Assembly: GCA_013239625.1 (NCBI GenBank) | Contig: MU054323.1 | Location: forward strand, 7,677,220 to 7,741,219 | DNA length: 64,000 nt | Source of the DNA: Lama guanicoe | Lineage: Eukaryota | Direction of reading: 5' to 3' | In this document: positions 53,549 to 64,000 of the stretch, piece by piece | How the letters are laid out: each line of letters starts with the position of its first letter | Numbering within the stretch: position 1 is the first letter of the stretch | Position numbers and translations under genes: made by a program | Notes under the pieces: generated by a model | Databases searched by the model: none | The model's input: only the letters and a program-made list of their open reading frames with translations | Told to the model about the DNA's origin: nothing

Positions 53549-55859
53549 ATCTGGGGAAAAATGGAAAAACTCTTACCTGCTAACGTAGAGGTCCTTCGTG
53601 AGAAATGGATGAGATAAGGCAAATCAAAATGATTTATAAGCTTCAGAATGCCACATGAATTTAAGACATCATTAGCAGAGAATTATGAATAATAATTGTA
53701 ACTGATAAATACACAATGCATTTCCCCCTGTGAATTTTAATACCAAAGAAATACTTCTAATGGTGATATTTCTGTTCCCTGTGGTATTTAACGAAGTTGT
53801 TTTCAGAATCTACTCTCAGGTCCCTCAAATCAGGCACGAGCGAGTCATCTATTCTACCTATAAAGCAGTTCAGCCCTGCCTGGGAATTCCGATTCCCGCC
53901 GAGACTTACTTTGGAAAGAAGCAATGATTATACTCTATATCCAACTTCTCCCACACAATCTTTTTTTTTTTTCCTCCAATTTTGCCTAAGTGGTCTGTCA
54001 GAGGACCAAAAGTGATGGATAAGAGCTTTTCCTCCTGCTATGCTCCACTGAAGTTCCCTAAGGATGCTTTCCTCACTTACAAGTTGTGTTCTAGCTACGC
54101 CCAAGTGCAAAAGATTCCCCAGGGATGCTGCTTGCCTGCCTGAGCTTAGTTCTTGTAAAAGAGAAAGGCAAACCCAAGGAGGCTGACTTGTCTGCCCTTC
54201 TGTGAGCCCAGGAGCTGGAGCTCCAGCAGAGCCCTAATCAAGGATGTCTCATCTCAAATTGGCCTTCAGCAGGATTCCCTGGAAATAAACCTGCAAATAC
54301 TTTGGAGACCAATAACCCCTCCCATGTGTGACAGTAAGGAAGGGCAACTCTTGTGGCCCTTGCTTCAAGTAGTGGGAGACCCAGTATCTTTGGGAAGCAG
54401 GGCTCAGTTAGGAAAAGCTTCAGTGGACTCACTTAGCTTCTTCCTCTAGCTTGTCCTTATAAGAAGTAGTATGGGGATCGCCTCTAACGACACATCAAAG
54501 AGAGCAAGAAAAGAAACATGTTTGTTGACTGCTTATTATAATGGTAGTTACTGTGTCTCTCAACTTTTTGTTTTAGAAAATTCCAAATATATACAGAAAT
54601 ATAAAAAATAGTATAATAGCAATACAACAATAATAGCATAACAAATATTCAGGGCCAACCTCATTTCATCTTTATTCATACCCTCTCCTGCACTTCCCCT
54701 GTTATTCTGAAGCAAATTTCAGCTACCATGTAATTGTATCCAGAAATCATATTTCAATATGTATCCCCGAAACATAAGATACAACATAACCACTAATCAT
54801 TATCATACCTTTAAAAGGTAACAAGAATCCCTAATATCAAATAGCCAGTCAGCATTCAAATTTCTCTAAATGTGTATATCTACCTTTTAACCAATGCAGT
54901 CATTTCTCTTAGCCATTTTTAACCCTTCCCTGCCCTTTTTCACCTCTGTGCATTCACATTTTTGGTCTCCTCTGCTTGGATTGCCCTTTCTTTCCTACCA
55001 AGCAAGACACAGCTCTCCAGATCTGTTCAAATATCACCTCATCCGGGAATCTTTCCTTTGGAAAACCAGGCAGTTAGTCATTATCTCATTGCTAACACTC
55101 TGTTCTATCTGTGTACATGCCTGGCTCTCCTCCACACTGTGAGCTCCTTGAAGACATGAACCTTATACTCCTGGTCCTTGTAACCCCAGTGCTTAGCGTG
55201 GTGCCTGGCCCCTAGTGTTTGCTTTGAGCCAGCATATTATTTCCAAGGAGAGGTTCCCGAGGCCTTGCCATTGTTCTGCTTGTTGATCTAACCTTTTCTA
55301 AAGTTCAATGTCTTTTGCAAAGATGGTGTTTTTCCTCCCTGATCTGAGTTGGGGGTTGACCTGGTGTTTCAATCTGAAAGCTTTTGGAAATCACTGGAGG
55401 CAGGATTAATTGGGTTAGAGCCTTTTTTTTTTTAGATTCCAGGATTGATATAAAGCAGAAAGGCTGAGGGAAGAGAAAGCCACTTTGTCAATCAGCAGCC
55501 TGCTCTGGGATTAGTGTTGTAAGAGCTGTTCAGAACTGAAAAGAAAAGGATATTATCCTTGTCCTCTAATTGGATACAAGCTACAAACCTTCTGGTTCTC
55601 TGAGAAGGACCTTGGAACATGCTCCCAGTTTCTAAGCTGTAATTCATAACTGTTTGAACTGTAGTTTTCCAGTGTTTCTTTAACCTCAGAACTCCTTATT
55701 CAGGTTTATCTAGCCTGCAAAATCAATATGTTGTACAGATAAAAGCTCTCGTGGAAGGTGGCAAGCAGACCCCTGGGGCCCAGTTCCACTGGCTGTCTGC
55801 TAAATATGTCCCATGTGGCCCCCGCAACACAGAGCTCAGGGCACCAGATCACTCTTTCA

Positions 55860-56960
55860 CTCAATCTGTCACCATTCAACAATGATTTATTGAGTGGCTG
55901 CTACGTGTTTGGTGCTGGTAGCATTGTGTCAAACCAGACAGCTGGACTTCCAATTCTCTTGGATTTACATTCTGAGGGTAATGAGAGAGAGAAGCAATAA
56001 TCGTGATAAGCCAGTGGTTCTCAAATTTTATTTTTCATCAGAATCACCTGGAGGGTTTGTGAAACTACAGATCTCTGGGCCTCACCCCCAGAATGTCCAA
56101 TTCAGGAGGCCTGGAGTAGGGCCGGAGAATATGTACTTCTGGTAAGTTCCCAGGTGATGCTAAACCTGCTGGTCCCGGGACCAGACTGAGAACTAATATG
56201 TCAACAACCAAATAAATAAAATATCTTCAGGTAATTGTAAGTTCTATGTTTTAGAAAATAGAAAAGGGTAACAGAGTAGAAAAAGTAGCCAGTTTAGTCT
56301 GGGTGGCCTGGGAAAACCTCCCTGAGAAGGTGATATTTGATTTGAGACCTGAAAGGTGAAAAGGAGCTGGCCATCTACACATCTAGGGGAAGGGCACCCC
56401 AAGTGCAAAGGTCCTGAGCAGGGAACAAGCACAGCATATCTGAGGGGCAAAATAAAACATTAAAAGGGCCAGGGTAATTGTAAATCAACTATACTTCAAC
56501 TTTAAAAAAAAAAAGATTGTTATTGAAGAATAAAACTTCATTGTTAAAACAAAACAAACAAACGAACAAACAAACAAAAAGTGCCAGGGTAGCTGCAGAG
56601 TATTTTAAAGAGGGAAGAGTGATGTAAGATTGTCACAGAAGTAGACAGGAATCAGATCGTGTAGGATACTGCAGACTGTTGTAGAAAGTCCAGTTTTTAA
56701 GGGTCAACGTAAAGCCACGGGAGAGTTTTAAGTAGGGGACTTGTATGATCTTATTTCACATTTTACATATAAACTATTTGCCATGAAATTTTTTTTTTGG
56801 CTATTGAGTGGAGAGTGTGTCGTGGGGGCAGGAAGGGGAGTGAAAGTAAAGGGAGAAGCTGGCAGACCAGCCAGGATGCTGTTGCGCATCCTGGGCAAGG
56901 CTGATGGGGGGAGGGGAAGTGGGAGTGGAAATGGGGAGAAATGGGAGCTATGCGGTGGTG
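55860..56960. mobile_element. L2 remnant interrupted by MER5A and a tiny L1 insertion
   Basis: cattcaacaatgatttattgagtggctgctacgtg, tgagaaggtgatatttgatttgagacctgaa, aagtgcaaaggtcctgag; other L2-like remnants at about 630-1260, 19290-19940 and 45930-46600. Confidence 0.7.
56011..56195. mobile_element. MER5A-like hAT MITE
   Basis: cagtggttctcaaa...catcagaatcacctggagg...aagttcccaggtgatgct...tgagaacta. Confidence 0.85.
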
Positions 56961-58590
56961 AGGAATTGCTGATGGGAGTGACACTTAGCATAACACTTTG
57001 CTTCTTGTAGGTAATCAGCAAGTAGTCATAGAATGAGTGAATGAATGAAGCTCTCGTCCTTTCTGAAACGCCATGATTATAATCCTTCCTTTTACCGATG
57101 AATTGACGGATACTGTAAATTATCATTTCCAAACTGGATTCCATCTTCTAGTTGGTAACAGGGGTTTGTGTAAGTACGTGGGGGTGTACGTAAGCGCCTG
57201 TCAGTTGAGTATTTTTGGATATCGTATCCCTCTTCATTCTCTAGCTCTCTTTTTAAATATTTCACTCCTCCCTTCTCTCCCCCTTTTCAGAGAGAATGCA
57301 GGTTTTCAACAGCTCCCGAATTATTTTCTCTTTGTAAAGCAAATGGAGTTGGGGCGGCCAGGGAGCTCTGCCATTCCCCTGGGAGGTGTGAGGAGTTGGT
57401 CGGGGATCTGGTAGCTGGGAGAGCCTGGGAGTGACGAATGCCTCTTCCCTGCTGCACTGAGGGCAAAAATCAATTTATTCCTTTGGGTCATTTTCCCTGA
57501 ACTGTTTGTATTATCATTTCCACTGCATCTCATGCTACTAGGACGAAATGCAATCAGAATGTGGGTTGAAGCTGACAAGGGGAAAGGGCCACGTACAAAT
57601 GTGCGCTGTCAGTACCGTGGCACACGACAGCCCTGATCTCTGCGAGAACAAAGATGAGTCAGGCAGCTTCTGCAGATCAAAGGGAGCTGTCACACCGCTC
57701 CACTGACAGGTGCGCTCAGGAAGGAGAATATCTGAAGCACAAGTCATGCCTTCCAGGGCTGCAAAACTTTTAGAATTCCCTGGGGAATTAAACCATTGTT
57801 TTAGCATGAAGTTTCAAAAGTTAATAGTAAAAGCAGAAAACCTGTTTTCCTTTACAGAGATGCCATGGAAATTCCTGCCCGAGTCAAAAGGATTCAAAGG
57901 TCAGCTTTCACTTGCTTTAGCTCCCAGGACCCTGGAGAGTCGAGTCGGTGCTTGAGCACAAAGCCCTTCCTCTCCGGTTCCTGCTCACCTCCCACCACTT
58001 CCTTGCTCTTGGGTGTGGTCCTCTCCCAGTGCCCTGTTTTCAAGGTGATAGCTCTCTCACAGCTTTCTTTCTCTATATCTCTTTTTTACAAACCCATTTC
58101 TTCTCTCTGAGAGTACCTTAACCAGCCAAATACGAAACCAGCCAAATTGCAGAACTGAAGTCAGTTCTTTTTCATATAACTGTTAGGTTTACATAAAAAC
58201 TGTGTTTTATATGTAAATGTATACATTATTAGTTCTTCATTCTTCATTTAAAAAGTAAATAGGTAAAATATAGTATCATTTCTCTCTCAAGAAATGAAAA
58301 ATATTCTGTTTTCTTCTTAAAGTGCTGATTTACCTGCTGTGAGCTACTGGCGAGAGACAGAGAGAGAGGGGCGGGGAGAGATAGGTGTGGAGGGGAAGGA
58401 AGGCAGGCAGTTCTCATGCATGTAAATTCCCTCCCGTGAGAGCAGTTTAATTGTGTCATCAGACTTTATGCTTATTTTTAAATAAAGGTCTTCTTTACTC
58501 AGCTACATTACAGGGCCGGCACTGGCTTGCGAAAGGGACATCACACATATTAGGACATCACACATAGGCATCAGAAATGAATGTCTAGTT

Positions 58591-58680
58591 TGGGGTATAG
58601 CTCAGTGGTAGAGTACACATGCTTAGCATGCATGAGGTCCTAGGTTCAATCCCCAGTATCTCCATTAAAATTTTTTTTTG
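58591..58680 (+). mobile_element. Vic-1-like SINE (short tail)
   Basis: GGGGTATAGCTCAGTGGTAGAG...GGTTCAATCCCCAGTA. Confidence 0.88.
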
Positions 58681-58915
58681 TTTTTAAATGAACGTCTGTG
58701 TGAGTATGTAGGATCTCTACATACTTCACTTCTCTCTGGAGAGAGATCAAACACATGGCTATGTGGGGAAGCGTGTTTAAAATGCATCTTCGAAAGCGAA
58801 GAGTGCCAGCCAAATAGATCACACATTATACCAGTACCTGATGTGTAGTGTGAGTGTGTATACCTGTGTATGCCCAGATGAGTGCATGTGCATGGACACA
58901 CATGCGCGCGTGCGA

Positions 58916-58940
58916 ACACACACACACACACACACACACA
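58916..58940. repeat. (CA)n microsatellite preceded by CATGCGCGCGTGCG
   Basis: Visible alternating purine-pyrimidine run. Confidence 0.9.
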
Positions 58941-59387
58941 AGCTACGCCGCAACATTCTGGAGAAGCTCAGTCTTCCATGAATGCTGCCTGTGAACAGAG
59001 GCTGGGCAGAGTTCCAGGGTGGGTTGGACAGCTCTGAGCTACCCATTCTTAATATTGGCCCAATACGTAGATTAAAATATTGAAAATATTTATCTAGGTA
59101 TTGTTAATTTCTTGTGTGTATATATGCTCATTTATTTCAAATTTTCTGACTTGGCATGTATGAATCTTATAATTTAAAAAAGTTGTACATTAAGAAATTT
59201 GTCCATGGTGATTATTTGCCTGTTTACTTTCTCTCTAGCAGGAGGAGAGAGGTCTTTGGGATGAGAGTTGGGGCTGAAGTGGTATGGAGGGGAGGACAGA
59301 AAAGGCAGGGCTAGGGTGCCAAGGGGAATGCAAAGTTGCTGTCTACCTTGAACCACTGCCATAAAAGCTCTGCCTACACCTGTGGGG

Positions 59388-61500
59388 ACTGAGGTGGATT
59401 TATTATGAAGATATCGAAGTTTAAACCCCAGGATGCCCTGCTTGCCAGTCCAGTAAGGGACCCTGACAATGTCTTCAAACAGTCATATGTTTCTTTAAAA
59501 ATTCTAAAAGTAAATGATAACTAGACTTACTGTGGTGATCATTTTGAAATGTGTAGAAATATTAAATCACTTTTTGTGTACCAGGAAGTAACATAGTGTG
59601 GTAAGTCCATTATACTGCAAAACAAAGAAACAAACAAACTTACAGAAAAAGAGATCAGATTTGTGGTTACGGATCAGGGAAGTGGGAGGGACTGGGTTGG
59701 ATGAAGGCAGTCAAAAGGTACAAACTTCCATTTATAAGTAAGTACTAGGGATGTGATGTATGACACGACAAATACAACTAACACTGCTGTATGTTGATAA
59801 AAAAAGTTGTTAAGAAAATACGTCTTAATAATTCTTGAGCACAGGAGGGTATAGATTAGTGGTAGAGGACATGTTTAGCATGCACAACATCCTGGGTTCA
59901 ATCTCCAGTACCTCCATTTAAAAAAACTAGGGGACGTGGGGAGAAAAAATAAAAAAATAAATAAACCTACTTACCTCCCCCAAAAGTTAAAAAAAAAAAA
60001 AGAATTCTCATCACAAGAAAAAAAATAGTTTTTTCTATTTATTTAATTTTGTATCTATATGAGATGATGTTCCCTAAACATTGTGGAAATCATTTCATGA
60101 TGTAGGTAAGTCAAATCATTATGGTGTACACCTTAAACTTATACAATGCACAGTAAAACTGGAAGAAACAAATCCTAAAAGTAAAATATTTTTACTGTAG
60201 TCACTTAAGACCACTCTTTCCACTCCTCCTTCCCTCATACCCTCAAGGCATGGCTGCATCTAGCTAAAGGGAAGTTGAGTTGGGACATACTTAGCCTGGT
60301 TTAATGGGATAGACTGATGTGGTTCCCAGTCTAGATGTATAGTAAGTGTATGGATAAATATTGCTAGCTGACTTAGTATAGGAAAGACTGCAGGGAATAC
60401 TCTTATCGCTCACTCTGCCAACCCACCCACTCTGGTGGCAAAATATGAAGGCTCAGGGCCAGAGACCACAAACTGGTAATAGACAGTCCCACAGTGTCTG
60501 GCACCAGACATCAGTGGGTAGTGAAGGAGAGACAAGGCCTGAAATCTACAAAGCCAAAAGCTGGTCTGAGAAAATCCTTCCAATTTATCAGACATGGAAA
60601 TCAGTAAAAGTGGACAATGTGAGTCTTATCAAGCCCTGATCAAAATGGAAGTTCCCTCCTGTCACGAATGTCCGTGACACAGGGCACATAATCATAAACA
60701 CACAATTCATTTTCTCCCTCCTTTTGATGGAAATTGTGCAAAAGAGAATTTATCAGAATTCTTGTGGCATTACTAAATGAGCCAATATGTCTGTGTATAG
60801 GTTTTTTGCCTTCCCACAAATGCTGACATATGAAGACAATATAAAAAAATTAATAATAAGCCATTACAATTAGGACATTGTCAACAAACTGGTTAATGAG
60901 CATTATTTCAACAGAATCTAAGATTAGTTATTGCATACAAATGCACACACACACACATACACACAAATAAGTTGAAATGCCCTGAAATCTTACAATGCAT
61001 AAATGAAAGAAACTTTACAGACATTTTCCCAAATTTAACCATAATTCTAAGAATTTAGATGTCATTACCGATGAGCTGAAGCAGAAAAAAACGTTTCTAA
61101 ACTCTTAACAATTAAAGAAAATTTCAGTAAACCATTTTAAAAGAAAGACTGGATTATTTTTCCTTTTTTTTGGCTAGAATATTTCACAAAATCATTGTCA
61201 CATTCAGGGGCATCCAAAAATGGCACAGTCAGAAAATGCAGGGAAGAAGTTTTAGAGAGGTATGTCAGGTATTGAAATAATAAACATATTATATTATTTT
61301 CCTGAATTTTGTGATGTTGTGGTATTTGTCAGCTTTTAAATTGTGTAATTTGTGATTTATTTTCTCATTCTACCTATTCACTTCTAAACCTAATTTTGGT
61401 TTCACTATTTTCTTTCCTTTTCTTAGTAAGAGCTCTCCTTCTTCTTTCCTGAAATTGTATAAGGTCCAAGTCCTGCAAATCTTGGCTCTGCTGTCCCTGG
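59388..61500 (+). mobile_element. Zaphod/MER115-like hAT-Tip100 remnant containing an L1 3' UTR (about 59515-60169) and a SINE
   Basis: Terminal-like ggtggatttattatgaag and ttgtataagg...gtccctg; decayed hAT dimerisation-domain peptide (IFPNLTIILRI...EAEKNVSKLLTIK...ERLDY) at about 61015-61160; L1 flanked by aaat(t/c)ctaaaagtaaa. Confidence 0.65.
59838..60002 (+). mobile_element. Vic-1-like SINE nested in an L1 3' UTR
   Basis: Head and tail match; flanking aattct. Confidence 0.85.
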
Positions 61501-62069
61501 CTGAGACACATCTGGACTTTGCAGAAGTCATTATATGAGCCCAGAGAATACAGGGGTTACCTTGTGACCAAGAAGAGGATCAATCCATAGAGTTGTGCCA
61601 TAATAAAACCCCTGATTATTAGCTACTCAGAATAAAGACAAAAATCCCCATCTGGAAGGTAGGTGTGACAAAGTTCTGGCCAATGGGAATATGCAACTTC
61701 CAGTTTCCCATTAAGGAGCAGGGGACACCCTCTACTCCTTTTCTCCCTTTCCAGGGACTGGAATGCAGATGTAGTGATGAGTATCTTGGCCACGTGGACA
61801 AGGACCACACTCTAAAGATGTTGACTCAACGAGGTGGAAGGTGTGTGGGTCTCTAATCCTATGGAACAGCCCTATCAGTCTGCAAAACAGCCCTGGTTCA
61901 ATTATACCCATATTACTATTTGAGGGAGTAATAAAGTTTCAGACTTGTTTAAGCCCCAATTATTTGTTATCTCCATTCAGGCAATTGATCTGATATCCTG
62001 GTACAACCATTATGATAACCCATTACAATTAGAGGACTCTGTATTCTTTATAAATTCTGGAGTGTCTCT

Positions 62070-62219
62070 CTCTCTCTCTTTTGTTTTGTTTTGACTTGGG
62101 GGGAGGTAATTAGGTTTATTTATTTTTATTTATTTTTTCATGGAGGTACTGGGGATTGATGCTCAGGACCCTGTGCGTGCTAAGCACACACTCTTCCACT
62201 GAGCTATACCCTCCCTCCT
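62070..62219 (-). mobile_element. Vic-1-like SINE
   Basis: TSD TGGAGTGTCTCT 62058-62069 / 62220-62231. Confidence 0.9.
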
Positions 62220-62454
62220 TGGAGTGTCTCTTATCTTGAGTAACTGCTGGTTGGGGTCAGGGTGGTGAGGGGAAGGTCATTACTTAGATGACTGGAGAGT
62301 TGAATGACTTGCCTAGGGGCATACAGGAGAGGGGCCTCTACAGCCAATTCACCAGTGAGGTCAAGTGCCAGGTGGAATCCAGAAGTGTGAAAAGTGAGCC
62401 AGGAAGGTGAGCACTCTGGGTTTTTCTGCTCTTAGCATTCAGAAAGAACTTCTC

Positions 62455-62824
62455 GAAGTAAGTCAGACAGAGACAGACAAATATATGATATCACTTATAT
62501 GTGGAATCTAAAAAAAAGTGATACAAATCTTATTTACAAATCAGAAATAGACTCATGGGCATAGAAAACAAACAATGGTTACCAAAGGGAAAGGGCAGGG
62601 GAAGGATAAATTAGGAGTTTAGGATTAACAGATACATATTAATACATATAAAACAGATAAACAAGGACCTACTGTATAGCACAGGGGACTATATTCAATA
62701 TCTTGTACTAACCTATAATGGAAAAGAATCTGAAAACAATATACATCTATGTAGAACTGAATCGCTTTTCTGTACGCCTGAAACTAACATTGTAAATCAA
62801 CTACACTTCAGTTAAAGAAAAAAG
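62455..62824 (+). mobile_element. 5'-truncated L1 3' UTR
   Basis: aacaaggacctactgtatagcacaggg...attgtaaatcaactacacttca; TSD AGAAAGAACTTCTC 62441-62454 / 62825-62838. Confidence 0.9.
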
Positions 62825-63184
62825 AGAAAGAACTTCTCCCTGACTATTCAATTTGTAAACCCCTAGAGTAGGACAGTTCATATCCTGTCTTTTCTCCTCC
62901 TCTTGTGCTTTTCTAAATTTGCTGCAGCAGGCAGAGAGTGATATAAAGTATGAGAGGGTTTTTGCTACCAAGTTAATGTGCTCCCTGCCCCCCCAGTTTT
63001 CTCCTTCCCCTCCTGCCTCCTCAGTCATTCTGTCACTAGGCAGCGCTGCACAGCGCAGGGCCTGGTGGAGACCCTGGCACTCATGGGAGGTGGACAGCTG
63101 AGCAGGGTGGCAGCCCTGTAGGGGTCAAGAAATCGGCCACAAACAAGGGAATTGGGCAAATAAGTAAAAATATTGGTGTTAATG

Positions 63185-64000
63185 GGAGCCAGGTTTTCAA
63201 CTGTCACAGAAAGGAGTTATAAATATGAAAAACAGGAACACTGGAATGAACCTTAGATGCTGGGTTGAAATTGGGGCAATGAACTCATCATTAGATTGGT
63301 AGACATGAAATCAATGCAACTGTAAAGTGTGTGCGTATGTGTAACTATGTTCATACTACATACATATATTTTTTCAAGCTCTGTCCATTGAGACTGGGAA
63401 TAGCAACTGCCCTTAGAAATAAGTGTACCATTCTCTACTAAAAGGAACCAGGACTCCTGTGATAAGTCTGGAACATCTTTGTGTGCCAGAAAATAAGGAA
63501 GTGCTCAAAAATTAATGGGAACATTTCAAAAAGTCACAGAAGCCAGTTTGAAAGCACTGCTGCTGACCAAATCTGGGATCATTTGAATATCAAAACAAAT
63601 AATAATAATAATGGATTATAACCAATTGAGTATAATAGGAATCCATGAATCCATATTGATATAAATAAGCAAACCAACAAAACAGATAAGGAGAAGAGAA
63701 AGCAGTTTCTAACAAGCTAGTGCCAACTAACAAATGAAGGAAAAAATGCAATTAAAAGCCATCATTTGGCAACCATATAGCAATAATTAATTCAAGCAGG
63801 AAGTTATCAATGGGCGTTAATATTTTGGGGGAAATTTAGAGGAGTGAGATATTTACATAGTTTCACAGTATTGCCTCATAAAATGCTTATTAATTACAAA
63901 TGGATAAAGAACCCCAGCAGACACCACCTTAATAAATGATCAAAGTTTAAACCTCCACTAATAGGACAAAGCAATGTCATCACGTCCCACCTGATGGGAT
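63185..64000 (+). mobile_element. Old L1 (L1MC4/5-like) 3' region, runs off the window edge
   Basis: ctaaaaggaaccaggactcct, gaagccagtttgaaag, aatctgggatcatttgaatatcaaaa, catcatttggcaacca. Confidence 0.65.

Noticed and set aside
58536..58566. Short direct repeats (GGACATCACACATA x2; similar ones near 31878, 48940 and 50365)
   Set aside because: Ordinary slippage duplications with only 2-3 units and no spacer architecture.

Overview
Mammalian genomic DNA, most likely camelid (inferred from about 13 copies of a Vic-1-like tRNA-derived SINE). The left 36 kb holds the 5' end of ASXL2 on the minus strand: a CpG-island promoter, coding exon 1 (35597-35653, MREKGRRKKGRTWAEAAKT), a 32,038-nt intron 1 and coding exon 2 (3476-3558, [27 protein letters not shown]+R). 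The right 28 kb is upstream, repeat-rich DNA with a full-length, frameshifted RPL12 processed pseudogene (15-bp TSD) inside an MLT1 LTR, plus a motif-dense non-repetitive block near 57.2-58.0 kb. Most short ORFs in the track are repeat or GC artefacts. The best leads are: (1) a candidate 103-nt exon in intron 1 that stops the exon-1 frame but carries a strong-Kozak ATG in frame with exon 2, giving an alternative N-terminus MVVAVLIA; (2) a second candidate poison exon; (3) a strong-context uORF in the ASXL2 5' leader; (4) three tiny L1 insertions carrying apparent 3'-transduced tags. Repeat family names come from recalled consensus sequences, and repeat boundaries without TSDs are approximate. 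I found no evidence for a wholly new multi-gene system.
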